NCBI GenBank assembly: GCA_026770705.1
Contig: JANJGN010000034.1
Span: forward strand, 17,484,001-17,548,000
DNA: 64,000 nt
Source of the DNA: Isurus oxyrinchus
Taxonomy: Eukaryota
Direction: 5' to 3'
The position numbers were made by a program, and so were the translations under genes. The notes below the pieces were generated by a model. That model was not told the origin of the DNA. It made no database searches and saw only the letters and a program-made list of their open reading frames with translations. Below, in pieces: positions 12,847 to 26,234 of the stretch. Numbering within the stretch: the first letter of the stretch is position 1; each line of letters starts with the position of its first letter.

Positions 12847-15800
12847 GGACACAACTTGCAGAAGCTACTCCTGCTGCTTCTCAATGTTGTTGCTGCTGTT
12901 TCAGATAAGTGCTCTAACTGCTGGAACATTTCAGCACTGATCAAAGGGAGGGGGGAATCAGGAATTCATCTTGCTTTAAGGAGCTGTGTGTACTGCAAGT
13001 GGAGCCATTGAGGGAGTGGACACAGTAGGTTCACATCACACATCATGATCCTGAGAACTGAAAGGAAGGCATTTAATGTCTTTAGATTAACCCCTGTAAT
13101 GTAAACTGTGGGACACTGAACAACACTCGGTGACACTGGGATGGGTGACTGGTATCAAGTGGGCTTGGGATGGGGTCCTGAGCACTGGGATCGGAGTCTG
13201 GGACATTCCTGGGATCAAATAGAACTGGGAATTGTTTTGGAACTGGGACTTCAGGACTGGGGAATTGGGCTTTGATTCCTGGGAGTCCACCGATATTTGG
13301 GGGGAGGACCAAGGTCTGACATGTTAGTGATGGAGGGAGGTAAGGATCCATATTGCCTCAGCCCCTTTCAGACAATCAGGTTCTGCCTCCCCCTACATGG
13401 TGCACTCGTCCGTCACTGTTCCCCAATCTGTCCAAAACCACTTCCACATGCTCAGGTACCCCCTCCCCACCCATTCCTGTCTTTACGTTTCAGGGTCAGT
13501 TTTATGTTCCTGTGCTCCACCTCACATTGTGCTCCTCCAGCCTGTGATTTTTCTCCCAAGGGGAGGTGAGCAATATCCTGATGTGTTCTCCCAGCATGTG
13601 TACAAATGAAAAACATGTGATTCAAAGTGCTGTCCAGATGCTCTGTGCTTACAAATCTCTAGCACAAGCTGGTTTTAGTTGAAGAACCTTAATTCCTGAG
13701 CTTTGACCTTCCCACAGAAATGAAATCAGTGAGTTATTGATCAGTGTTTCTTGTAAATTGAGCATCACATTGTAACCATGTGAAACTTGGGGTGTATTGT
13801 ACCAGCAGGGAGGTTATATCTGTTGATAAATACTTTCAATCCTTTCCAGGTAACTTGCCTGTCCCAGTTTCTGGGTTCCTTGGGGAGCAGGTTGTGCTGC
13901 CCTGTACCCAGAAAGTGAATGTCCCAGTCTCTGGTAGTCTGGGAGACAGCCAAGGGTGAAAATTTACACAAGTTCATCGCTGGGAACGACGATTTGACAC
14001 AACAAGATCCACGATTCAGAAACAGAACAAAGCTGTTCAAAGATCAGCTGGGACGAGGCAACTGATCAGTTCTGATCTCTGACCTCAGGGAGTCAGACCA
14101 GAACCAGTATATATGTGACATTTACAAGAGGATAGCTGTGGGTTATGACTCGGAGCAAACTGATATCATCCATCTTTCTGTGACAGGTGAGAGATGTCTG
14201 CTTCAGGTATTCTGTATTTAATCTCTGTATGGGTTCGGTAATTCAGTGGTTATGTTACTAGACTAGTAATACAGAGGCCTGGACTAATAATCCAGAGGAT
14301 GAGAGTTCAAATCCCAGCATGGCACTTCCAGAATTTAAAATCAGTTTATTAAATAAAAATCTGGAAATATAAAGTTATTTGCAATAAAAGTGACCCTGAA
14401 GCTGTTGGATTGTTGTAAAACCCCAACTGGTTCATGAATGTCCCTTGTGGGAAGGAAACCTGCTGTCCTTACCCAGTCCCACCGTAACCTGGTTGGTTAA
14501 GCTGGCCTAGGAGGTCAGAGGGCAGTTAAAAATGAATTGATATCAAACCATTGGAAAGAAAGAATAGAATAAAACTGAATCATCACTGGCTTCACCCCGG
14601 GCATCGAATCAGGAAACAACACAGACAAACCCAGGCCAGTTGACATTGCAAAGTCCCCTCACTAACATCTGGGGACTGGTGTCCAAGTTGGGAGAGCTGT
14701 CTGGCAGAGTCATACTGACAAAATTGACCCTGAATCCCAGTCTCCTCTATCACCATCCCTGGGTATGTTCTGTCCAACTGGCAGGACAGTCCCACCAGAG
14801 ATGCAGTATACAGTCCGGAGGGAGTAGTCCTGGGGATCCTCAACATTGACTCTGAACCCCATGAAGTCTCACATCTCCAGGTCAAACCTCCTGCTGATTA
14901 TCACCTACTGCCTCCCTCAGCTGATGAATCAGTACTCCTCCATGTTGATCACCCCTTGGAGGAAGCAGTGAGGGTGGCAATGTACTCAGAATGTACTGAG
15001 TGGGGACAACACTGTCCATCACCAAGGGTGGGTCAGTAATACCATCACTGACCAAGCTGATGGGGCCCTGAAGGACAGAGCTGTCAAACTGGGTGATGGA
15101 AGGAGTTAATGGAGCTATCAAGCTGCACTCACTCTCCAGCAAAGAGCTCTGTCTGTCTCCAGATGTTGGGGTGCAGGAAGTGGGCCCCATCACACCTCTC
15201 AGGTTGCCTTTCCAAGACCCAGTGTACTTATTTTGATAGTGTATCCCAGTAGACCCAGGATCCTGTGGGGATTCTCTCCACAGGGGGATGTAGGCTGCTG
15301 GGACTGATCCTGCTCAGGGTAACTATGGAAATCTTCCATTCTACCCACCACAGTTAATGCAATCCTGTTGGATTTTTCACTCTGCCGATCCTGTTCCTGA
15401 TCCTTCCCGATCAGTTTGATCCGTGTCTCGTTCCTTTCTGGATGTGTTTCCCTAAAGCCCAATAGAGTCACTGAACATTTCTGCAGTTTGTTTCACACAC
15501 AGTGCTAAACACATGTTGTTTTCTTTAGAGCGACCTCAAACACCTGTACCGACCACGCCTGTACCAGGTAAATCTGTTTCTAAACTACTACATGTATTTT
15601 CAGCTCTTACATTTGAACATGCTGCAGAGACATTGGAAGGTTTGAAATGCTGTGTGATATTTCACCATAGAATGATTCTGTGAGCGTGAGTGGTGTGGGT
15701 GACTGTTACCTGTAACTGCCCCTGAAACTACCTGGAATTGTTATTTCTGTTTGAGTCTCACCTTCCTGTCTCTCAGATGCAAAACTCTGAGGATTCCTGC

Positions 15801-17980
15801 TTCCCACTAGCAGTCTGGAATTCTGTGTGGAAAGTCTTGGTACAACTATAACCGAACCCTCCTGTTGGGAAAATGACGGGATTGGGTGTAACACTGATTG
15901 AAGTCAGTGGAGAGTAATATTGAGCTAGGTGTAAATCTGTACTATGCCCAGGCCCGTGGTTTTCCTGATCCGCAAATTAGTTTAAAATTCCTGCTCTATT
16001 TCAGCGGACTGTTGGGTTTAATTGGAGGGAGTTTGCTGCTGGTCAGTGTCTAGTTATCTCGATTGGAAAGCATGTATCCATCACATTGTGGGACAGTGTG
16101 TGTGTGCAAAGAGCTGTGGGGTGGCCTGGTGTGTATGTGATTATTGGTATCTAACCTTCCTCCAGGACTAGAATTAATCAGAGATCTGTTTGTACTGGGG
16201 TTGGTTGTGAAACACTAGGTGCCGAAGGTCTCTGCTGTTAGTTTTGTTAGTGTGTCCCAGTCTGTTAATGTCTTCAATCTGTCCATAGATTCTGGGCTCT
16301 CGACTGGAGCAAGAGTGGGATTGGGAATTGGAATTCTCGTTTTTCTTGCTGCAGTTATTGGTTTTGTCATCCGAAAGTGGCAAAGACGGTGAGTTCTAGA
16401 ATGTTCCACGGCTCCCATTGTTAATTCCAATTTAGTTTTATTACATTTAGTGTTGCGGAAATGTTGTGTACAGTGATACACTTTGAGCTGTGTGGGATGT
16501 TTCAATGCTGCATTATCCAGTCACTTCCAGCTTGTAATCATCCTCTAGCTGCTGAACTGACGATGAGCAGGAATGTGCGGCTCCCTCTATCACACAGTTA
16601 ATAGACACTCGCCGAAACTCTGTACCAAAGAACTCACCAGCCGACATCCAAAATCCCTTTGTTGCCTCTTCTCTGATTTTTCTCCACCCTCTGATCCTTG
16701 CTCTGTTCCCCAGTCACTGACTCCATCCCCCTCTATCAGCTTCAGCTCATCGAAAACTCTGCTGCCCCACATCCTAACTTACTCCCAAGTCCTGTTCACC
16801 CTCACACCCTCTGCTCACTCACCTACATTCATACTCCCCGATGGCCTCAGCCCCTCCCTACCCCTTTTAACTCCTCCTGTGCCGACAGCCTTTGAGATGC
16901 CTGTGCTCATCTATCTGGCATCTTGACCATCCCCTGATTTCCATCATTCCATCATTGGCGGCCGTGACGTCAGCTGCCTGGGCCCTAAGCTCTGGAATTC
17001 CCTCCCTAAACCTCTCTTTTTCAGGCACTCTTTAAAATCTACCACCTTTTGATCAAGACTTTGGTCACCTGTCCTAATATCTCCTTATGTGGCTTACACA
17101 TTCCCCTGTTAGGCAGCTTTGGACAATAAGGATGCTATATAAATGCAAGTTGTTGCTCAATCTCAACACCCTGTGTCCCGGCCATCTGTGGTTTCCATCA
17201 CTGGGACAGCCATCTTGGATTTCCTTGTCTCCTTCAACATCCCCATCTCCCTGCCCACCTCTCGCCCACCCACTGGTGGGGAGGGGAAATTATTACAGAC
17301 ACTCTAACCCTGTCCGCTGACTCTCCATCACGATATTTCTGTGTTTGTTGACCTGTTTGGTCACTGCTGGATTGGGCTTGAGCACATCAAGGAATATCCT
17401 GTCCATCTGTGACTCCTCTCAATCCTTCAGGATCAGTCTGGAGAGTCCGGAAACTCCCAAACTCCTCGTGTCTGATCTGATCCCCATTATCTTCAGCTCA
17501 GTGTTAACTGAGATCCTCATCAATTCTTCTTCATCTCCAATATTGAGGCGAGCTGGCATTTTTCTATTTGTCTGGTTCCTCAGTCAGCACAGCTCCTGTG
17601 GAGTGTCCAGCTCTTGCCCATTGCCTCCCCTATGAGCCTCCTCTCCTCTACGCTCTGTGCTCCATCACCGTTCAGCTCCTGTGACCCATTTTCCAGCTGC
17701 TATTGGTACCCAGGATGTTGAGTGTAATTTTATTGATCTGTGCTCCTGAACGGCTCCTTTACACACGTGTCCAAAGTGTTGGATTCTTGTAATGTCACCT
17801 GAACTCTGCTGGTTTTTCTCTCCTAGCAATCGACACTTGAATAATCGAAATGAAGCATCTAATGATGTCCCTTTGACAGGGGTGAGCTGTCCAGGTGAAG
17901 CACGGGGCCTTGTGACAACAGCACCTGAGCATCAGGATGGAGAAGAAAACCTTGTGGGGAACAGGACTGTCCAGCACTGA
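12847..17980 (+). pseudogene. Pseudogene copy A of the IgV membrane-protein gene (exons 12847-12904, 13850-14186, 15529-15567, 16289-16388, 17827-17980)
   Basis: Near-identical to copy B, but the leader-exon donor is AT instead of GT (12905). The V exon has an 8-nt deletion (337 vs 345 nt) and TGG>TGA at 14063-14065. Its own promoter/exon 1 is deleted and its 3'UTR is truncated at about 18147. Confidence 0.9.
14235..14500 (+). mobile_element. tRNA-derived shark SINE in the intron after the V exon (also about 34932-35200 and 62760-63050)
   Basis: A-box-like tggttatgttactagactag and B-box gagttcaaatccc; present at the same position in all three gene copies. Confidence 0.65.
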
Positions 17981-18729
17981 CTGAGTTTCCCCAGCACTGA
18001 GCCTGTGTCAGGGAGGGGAAAATCAGCCCAGAATGGATGATTGTTACATATGAACGTATAACCCTCTGCGCTGTGGAGGTTCCCCCCCATCATCGCCACC
18101 GCTGCCCTGCGGGGCCCAGCCCTCTCCCCACCCCCGACGTCATGCAGAGACTATGGGATATTTCAGTTTAATGTCTCACACATTCCCCTTGTAAACACGA
18201 TAAATAACAATCACCTGTCAGGCAATGTGGACACACCTCATATTTTCGAAGATACCTAAGGTTTTAGATTCATAATAAAGACAGCTTCAATTATATATCA
18301 AGTATACACAGACCCACAGGAGCAGCAGTGCAAACCCTACAAACACACATTAGCAGTGTGAGCATTACAAACACACTCACACAAACGTGAGTAGTGAATG
18401 TTATAGACAGCAATATTTCTCTCTAACTCATTCACACACACACACCGCACTCGCACATGCACACACACATCGCACTCACACATTCACACACACACCTTGC
18501 TCACACAAACACAGCTCAGCCGCTTGCAGACTTGCCCACGGGTGTTAGAACAGAGCAGTTAAGCACAGGGTTGGCACAGCTCAGTGCCAGCGAGGTATCT
18601 GATCCCTCTGCTGGCCAGGACCTTCATCATTTGAGCCTTTTGCTAATCTTTGAGCGGTGGGCCAACCCCTGAGGGAAGCGGGTGATGGTCAAGAGGCCAG
18701 AATTGGAGGAGCATAGAGATCTTGCAGTG

Positions 18730-19217
18730 TTGTAGAGACTGGAGGAGGTTACAGAGATAAGGAGGGTTGTAGGGGCTGGAGGAGCTTACAGAGATAAGGA
18801 GGGTTGTAGGGGCTGGAGGAGGTTAGAGAGATAAGGAGGTTTGTAGGGGCTGGAGGAGGTTACAGAGATAAGGAGGGTTGTAGGGGCTGGAGGAGGTTAC
18901 AGAGATAGGGAGGGTTGTAGGGGCTGGAGGAGGTTACAGAGATAGGAAGGGTTGTAGGGGCTAGAGGAGGTTACAGAGATAAGGAGGGTTGTAGGGGCTA
19001 GAAGAGGTTACAGAGATAAGGATGGTTGTAGGGGCTGGAGGAGGATACAGAGATAGGGAGAGTTGCAGGGGCTGGAGGAGGTTTCTTCCAGCCCCTACAA
19101 TCCCCTTATGTCAGTTACTTCCTCCAGCTCCTACAACCCTCGCTCTCGCTGTAATCTCCTCCAGCCCCTACAACCCTCCTTATCTCTGTAACCTCCTCCG
19201 GCCCCTACAACCCTCCA
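18730..19217. repeat. 37-bp minisatellite fold-back, G-rich arm ~9 copies
   Basis: Direct tandem repeat plus an inverted arm. Confidence 0.92.
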
Positions 19218-19890
19218 AAATCTCCGCGCTCCTTTCAGCCCCTTGAGCATCCCCCAATTTCCATCGCTCCACCATTGGTGGCCGTGCCTTCAGCTGCCTG
19301 GGACCAAGACTCTGAAATTCCCTCCCTAATCCTCTATCTCCCTTCCTTTAAGATGCCCCTTAAAAACTTCATTGTCCAACATTTTGGTCCCTACCGTCTG
19401 CTCTGGTGGTGCTGGATCAACTTTTGACTCATTTACAATACCTTGATGGGCATAGGGGCATTTTTTCGCAGTATTAATAGCGCGAAATAAAGGCAAGTTG
19501 GTTTTTTTTTGTTGTTTTTCCTGTATTAAAGCGTTGTAGCCATTAGATGGCGCTGCGCATCCAAATTTAAAACCGAGCAGCGGTGCCACCAGGTGGGCAA
19601 AGGCCGGTATTGCAGAGACAACCTCAGCAACTTTCAAAACAAATACTTGCATTTCTCTGGCGCCTTCACTTTCCCGGGATGTCTAAAGCTTTTCACGGCC
19701 AATTAAATACCTTTCCAAAAGTATTTTCGGTGATGTAATGTAGGAAACCTGGCGGCCAATTTGTGCACAGCAAGCTCCCACAAACATCAATGTGATAATG
19801 ACCCAAGTCATATGTTTATAGTGATGTTGGTTGAGGGATAAATATTGGCCCCAGAACACCGGAGAGACCCTCCTTCTGCTCTACATCAAA

Positions 19891-20844
19891 CCACCATCGC
19901 CCACACCCATCAAAGACGCAAGTTTGTGCATTCCACCTCAGAAACCGTGAAGTCAAATGCCAGCTTAAAGTAACCTGGTGTGGAGCAACACTGATGCATT
20001 GTGAGCACCCTATCTACTTAGGAGTCACCCTTGACAAATGCCTCACCTGCAAGAACCACATCGAAAAGACAAAGGCAAAAGTGAGCGCACGAAACAACAT
20101 CCTCAATAAGCTCACTAACACAAAATGGGGAGCAAGCTCGAAAACATTGCGAACCAGTGCACTTGCTGTTTGCTATTCCACTGCCGAATACACCTGCCCT
20201 GCATGGGAAAGATCTACTCACGCTAAGAAGATGGATGCCGTTCTGAATACAAGCTGCCGACTTATCACAGGTTGTTTAAAACCAACAAACACCAACAGCC
20301 TATATATCCTGGCGGGTATCACTCCCCCTGATATAAGACGAACGGTAGCCAGCAAGAAGGAGCGACTCCATCAAACATCAGATGAGAGGCACCCTCTATA
20401 TGGTCATACACCTACACCCAGCTGCCTAAAGTCAAGGAAGAGCTTCCTGAACAGTGTTGTTCCATTACAAACTACCCCATCTGAAGACCGCATCGCCTTG
20501 TGGAAAGACCGGCTCGTCAGTCTCGAACAATCCCCAGCGATGGAAATTCTACCAGATGAAATCATTCCCCCAGGAGCTAATTGCAACTGGGCAACCTGGA
20601 AGTCCCTTAACAGACTTAGGACAGGTGTAGGTCATTCAAAGGTGTCACTAAGCAAATGGGGATATACAACCAGCCCGACAACGTGTGAATATGGAACTGA
20701 GTCATAGACTTGCAACATCTTCTGCAATGCCTATCGCTAGAGGAACCCTGCACTGTTGCAGATGTTGCTAAATTCAACAACAAGGCACAAAAAGGTGTCC
20801 AGTTCTGGCTGGGACACGTATAGACTGCCCGTGGACACGATAAG
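19891..20844 (+). mobile_element. Vingi-like LINE fragment (longest open frame, 19994-20707)
   Basis: 237-aa ORF with the same motifs as 278-1229. Confidence 0.8.
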
Positions 20845-20943
20845 ACTTCCAAATAGTGGCCGTGGGATATTTTACACCGACCAAGGGGGAAGATGTGGAC
20901 CTTGGTTTAAAATTTCACCTGAAGGCCGGCATCTCCTCTGGCA

Positions 20944-21584
20944 TCGACCCTCCGACAGTGCAGCGCCCCCTCAGTGTCGACCCACCAACAGCGCGGCGGC
21001 CCCTCAGTACTGACCCTCCAACAGCGTAGTGCCCCCTCAGTACTGACCATCCGACAGCACGGAGACCCCTCAGTACTGACCCTCCGACAGTGCGGCGCCC
21101 CCTCAGTACTGACCCTCCGACAGTGCGGCGCCCCCTCAGTGTCGACCCTCTGACAGCGCGGAGCCCCCTCAGTACTGACCCTCTGACAGCGCGGAGTCCC
21201 TTCAGTACTGACCCTCCGACAGTGCGGAGCCCCCTCAGTACTGACCCTCCGACAGCGCGGAGCCCCCTCAGTACTGACCCTCCAACAGTGCGGAGACCCC
21301 TCAGTACTGACCCTCTGACAGTGCGGCGCCCCCTGAGTACTGACTCTCCGACAGCGCGGAGACCCCTCAGTACTGACCCTCCAACAGTGCGGAGACCCCT
21401 CAGTACTGACCCTCCAACAGTGCGGAGACCCCTCAGTACTGACCCTCTGACAGTGCGGCGCCCCCTGAGTACTGCCCCTCTGACAGTGTGGCGCCCCTGA
21501 GTACTGACCCTCCAACAGCGCGGAGCCCCCTCAGTACTGACCCTCCGACCGCGCGGAGCCCCCTCAGTACTGACCCTCCGACAA
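20944..21584. repeat. 33-bp minisatellite, ~19 copies
   Basis: Direct tandem repeat. Confidence 0.95.
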
Positions 21585-22046
21585 CAGAATGTGTTAATAG
21601 CAGAACGAGGTTCCACACTCGGTGAAAGAACAACATGGAAGAAGTGACAGATGGTCCTTTGGGGTGGGGAGAGGGGACATTGGAAGTGAGAATAGCAAGT
21701 GGGATAAAAAAGGGGATAAATCAATGAATAAATGAATGGGGAAATGATTAGGTAAAACAATAAAAACATTTTAAAAATGCGATTAAAGATGTGGGAGAGG
21801 CTGGAGGAGAAATTTCATGATCTGAAGTTGAACTTCATGTTAAATCTGCAAGGCTGTAAAGTTTGAGTTGAGCTCCGCCCCGGACATGCAGCTGGAAAGT
21901 GGGTCCCGGACCAAATAGACCGCTTCTGAATTGAGAAATGATGTTTTTCTGCACATTGATGCATATCTGCGGTCACATTCTGCACAGGGGACGGGTGTGA
22001 GTTTTGTTTCTTGGAGTCACAGACCAAAGGAAATGCAGAATGTGCC

Positions 22047-22215
22047 TCTGACGCAAATATTCTAATGATAGGATGCGGGAGGCGGGAAAGTCCCTGCTCT
22101 GTGTCCAATGAGGATTAGGGAGGTGGGAGATCCCGCTCTGTGTCCAATGAGAGGGTGTGGGAGTCGGGAAAGTCCCTGCTCTGTGTCCAATGAGAGGATG
22201 TGGGAGGAGGACGAG
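22047..22215 (+). promoter_or_regulatory. Paralogous promoter with three CCAAT boxes, kB sites at 22084-22094 and 22166-22176, and kB-like GGGAGATCCC at 22125-22134
   Basis: Direct motif reading; aligns with 2820-3000. Confidence 0.7.
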
Positions 22216-22370
22216 TGCGGTTTGTGATTTTCTGTCTGGCGGGTCCGTTATCCGCATCGGAGCGGAGTCGGCGAGAGCGAGGAGTCGCCGGGTGAATTTC
22301 TATATCACACCCAGAAAATCAACCGGGATCTCCCCCCACTGGACTCTCCCTGATCCCGGTGTGGACCCGA

Positions 22371-22391
22371 ATGGATAGAAAGGAGCTGCAG
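22371..22391 (+). other. Orphan first coding exon (MDRKELQ|gtaccg)
   Basis: Paralog of 31936-31956. Confidence 0.7.
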
Positions 22392-22828
22392 GTACCGGCA
22401 GAGCCTCAGAGCCGGGAGTGGTGGGTGGCGGGGGGGGGGGGGGGGGGGGGGTGGCGGACCGTGGGTCCGGGTGTCGGGGGGACCGGGAATGGGGGGGGTT
22501 TGGATGCGGGTGAAATGTGGGGAAAAAGGAAACTGAACTGATCCGCGATCCGGGGAAAACATTAAAAAAATGACGGTCAATAAATACTGAGTTTTATAAA
22601 AGTTTCTCCCATTCACCAATTGGGCAGCAGTAACACTGTGTTGGTCCGCTGTGATATTTCTCTAATATCTGTAAAGACTTGGAGAGACATGAACTGGGTG
22701 AGGGCCTGGGTAAGGGGCTTCCACTCGCCCCACAGGGGAGCTCGTGTCCCTGGGTTACTGGGGTGGAAACACCAGTCAGTGTTTGAGGGTGGGAATGGGC
22801 AATGGCAGCAGGAGAGCAGACCAGGGGA

Positions 22829-23274
22829 TCACTGTGTTAACACACTGTGGCCTTTGGTATGAATGAACACAGCAAGCTGATTCAGGAGGCCATTCAGAGA
22901 TGGGGACTCTTCCCCAGCCTGGGAGAAAGATACAGGAACATGGGAATATATTCCCACATCAAGGAAGAACAGCAGCTAAAAAGTCCCAGAGATCCAGACT
23001 TGTTCCTCAACACCTCAACCTCAGGAAACAATTCCCCAAATCCCTTTTAAACAATTTTTGGATTTATATAATTTAAAATGCGCAATATACATTGCATAGT
23101 AAACACACTCTTTGAGTGCTTGAGTTTGTCCTAATGTCTTCAGCAGCTCATTTTCTGGAGTCTCACTCAGTGGATGTAGTTCGGCTATTTGGCTATGACG
23201 GGCATCACAGTTAAGTTTCTTACCCAAGAGAGGCTCTGAGATTTCAACAGGAGCGAATGGAGAGTGATCAGGAG
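22829..23274 (-). pseudogene. Possible last two coding exons of an unidentified minus-strand gene (23274-23224 and 22918-22829), repeated in the units
   Basis: LLITLHSLLLKSQSLSW|gtaaga and ctttctcccag|AGEESPSLNGLLNQLAVFIHTKGHSVLTQ* join in phase 0. The upstream acceptor reads TG. AATAAA on the minus strand at 40778-40783 follows the least truncated copy. Confidence 0.35.
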
Positions 23275-23904
23275 CAGGAAATAAAAGAAATGTACAAAAA
23301 CATTAAATATTCCACAAGCCAAATTGATGATAATTTACCAATACATATGAACAGAGACTATGGGATATTTCAGTTTAATGTTTCACACTTTCCCCTTGTA
23401 AACATGATAAATAACAATCACCTGTCAGGCAATGTTGGCACACCTCATATTTTCGAAGATACCTGAGTTTTTAGATTCATAATAGAGACTGCTTCATTTA
23501 TATATAAAGTATACACAGACCCACAGGAGCAGCAGTACAAACCCTACAAACACACATGAGCAGTGTGAGCCTTACACACACATAAACGTGAGTAGTGAAT
23601 GTTATATACAGCAATATTTCTCTCTAACTCATTTACACTCACACACACCGCACTCACACATTCACACACACAGCTTGCTCACACAAACACAGCTCAGCCG
23701 CTTGCAGACTTTCCCATGGGTGTTAGAACGGAGCAGGTAAGCACAGGTTTGGCACAGCTCAGTGCCAGCGAGGTATCCGATCCTTCTATTGTCAGGACCT
23801 TTACCATTTGTGCCTTTTGCTAATCTTTGAGTGGTGGGGCTGCTCCTGAGGGAATCGGGGGCTGGTCAAGAGGCCAGAATCGGAGGAGCATAGAGATCTT
23901 GGAG

Positions 23905-25355
23905 TGTTGTAGGTGCTGGAGGAGGTTACAGAGATTGGCAGGGTTGTAGAGACTGGAGGAGGTTACAGAGATAGGGAGGGTTGCAGGGGCTGGAGGAGGT
24001 TACAGAGATAGGGAGGGTTGTAGGGGTTGGAGGAGCTTACAGAGATAAGGAGGGTTGTAGGGCCTGGAGGAGGTTACAGAGATAGGGAGGGTTGTAGGGG
24101 CTGGAGGAGGTTACAGAGATAGGGAGAGTTGCAGGGGCTGGAGGAGGTTACAGAGATCGGGAGGGTTGTAGGGCCTGGAGGAGGTTACAGAGATAGGGAG
24201 GGTTGTAGGGGCTGGAGGAGGTTACAGAGATAGGGAGTGTTGTAGGGGCTGGAGGAGGTTACAGAGATAGGGAGGGTTGTAGGGGCTGGAGGAGGTTACA
24301 GAGATAGGGAGGGTTGTAGGGGCTGGAGGAGGTTACAGAGATAGGGAGGGTTGTAGGGGCTGGAGGAGGTTACAGAGATAGGGAGGGTTGTAGGGGCTGG
24401 AGGAGGTTACAGAGATAGGGAGAGTTGCAGGGGCTGGAGGAGGTTACAGAGATCGGGAGGGTTGTAGGGCCTGGAGGAGGTTACAGAGATAGGGAGGGTT
24501 GTAGGGGCTGGAGGAGGTTACAGAGATCGGGAGGGTTGTAGGGCCTGGAGGAGGTTACAGAGATAGGGAGTGTTGTAGGGGCTGGAGGAGGTTACAGAGA
24601 TAGGGAGGGTTGTAGGGGCTGGAGGAGGTTACAGAGATAGGGAGGGTTGTAGGGGCTGGAGGAGGTTACAGAGATAGGGAGGGTTGTAGGGGCTGGAGGA
24701 GGTTACAGAGATAGGGAGGGTTGTAGGGGCTGGAGGAGGTTACAGAGATAGGGAGAGTTGCAGGGGCTGGAGGAGGTTACAGAGATCGGGAGGGTTGTAG
24801 GGCCTGGAGGAGGTTACAGAGATAGGGAGGGTTGTAGGGGCTGGAGGAGGTTACAGAGATAGGGAGTGTTGTAGGGGCTGGAGGAGGTTACAGAGATAGG
24901 GAGGGTTGTAGGGGCTGGAGGAGGTTACAGAGATAGGGAGGGTTGTAGGGGCTGGAGGAGGTTACAGAGATAGGGAGGGTTGTAGGGGCTGGAGGAGGTT
25001 ACAGAGATAGGGAGGGTTGTAGGGGCTGGAGGAGGTTACAGAGATAGGGAGAGTTGCAGGGGCTGGAGGAGGTTACAGAGATAGGGAGGGTTGTAGGGGC
25101 TGGAGGAGGTTACAGAGATAGGGAGGGTTGCAGGGGCTGGAGGAGGTTACAGAGATAGGGAGAGTTGCAGGGGCTGGAGGAGGTTTCTTCCAGCTCCTAT
25201 AATCCCCTTATGTCAGTAACTTCCTCAAGCCCCTATAACCTTCCCTCTCGCTGTAATCTCCTCCAGCCCCTACAACCCTCGCTCTCGCTGTAACCTCATC
25301 CAGCCCCTACAACCCTCCCTATCTCTGTAACCTCATCCAGCCCCTACAACCCTCC
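23905..25355. repeat. 37-bp minisatellite, ~34 G-rich copies followed by a few inverted C-rich copies
   Basis: Unit ggaggaggttacagagatagggagggttgtaggggct; polarity flips at about 25185. Confidence 0.95.
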
Positions 25356-26195
25356 AAAATCTCTGCGCTCCTTTCAGCCCCTTGAGCATCCCCCGTTTCC
25401 ATTTCTCCACCATTGACGGACGTGGCTTCAGCTGCCTGGAGCCCTAAGCTCAGGAATTCCCTCCCTAATCCTCTATCTCCCTTCCTTTAAGATGCCCCTT
25501 AAAAACTTCATTGTTTAACATTTTGGTCCCTACCGTCTGCTTTGGTGGGGCTGGATCAACTTTTCACTCATTTACAATACCCTGATGTGCATAGGGGCTT
25601 TTTTTTTGCAGTATTAATGGCGCTGAAAAAAGCTAGTTGGTTTTTTTCCTGTATTAAAGGGGTGCAGCCATTAGATGGCGCTGCTCATCCAAATTTAAAA
25701 CCGAGCAGCGGTGCCACCAGGTGGGCAAGGCTGGTGTTGCAGAGACAACTTCAGCAACTTTCAAAACAAATACTTGCATTTCTCTGGCGCCTTCACTTTC
25801 CCAGGATGTCTAAAGCTTTTCACGGCCAATTAAATACCTTTCCAGAAGTATGTTTGCTGTTGTAATGTAGGAAACGTGGCGGCCAATTTGTGTACAGCAA
25901 GCTCCCACAAACATAAATGTGATAGTGACCCAGGTCATCTGTTTTTCGTGATGTTGGTTGAGGGATAAATATTGGCCCCAGGACACTGAAGAGGCCTTCC
26001 CCCTGCTCTACTTCCAACCACCTTCGTGCAAACCCATCAAAGACGCAAGTTTGTGCATTCCACCTCAGAAACGGTGAAGTCAAATGCCAGCTTAAAGTAT
26101 GAAACAAAAAAACTGCGGATGCTGGAAATCCAAAACAAAAACAGAATTACTTGGAAAAACTCAGCAGGTCTGGCAGCATCGGCGGAGAAGAAAAG

Positions 26196-26234
26196 AGTTG
26201 ATGTTTCGAGTCCTCATGACCCTTCGACAGAACT
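26196..26234 (-). ncRNA. Minimal hammerhead motif in the 3' pLTR (GAAAC-ATC variant)
   Basis: Same motif, with GTC>ATC breaking the ACGT palindrome. Confidence 0.6.

Larger units (their letters stand above)
1..18147 (+). repeat. Segmental duplication block 1 (units starting at 1, 5316, 10693, plus gene copy A); paralogous to 19614-38856
   Basis: Constant offset of 19613 at the start (ORF 381 vs 19994); colinear introns and exons between A and B. Confidence 0.9.

Noticed and set aside
14235-14330. tRNA gene (A/B boxes)
   Set aside because: No cloverleaf; it continues into a SINE body, so it is a tRNA-derived SINE head.
19994-20707. Domesticated reverse-transcriptase gene
   Set aside because: 5'-truncated Vingi fragment lacking the RT catalytic core; paralogs have stops and frameshifts.
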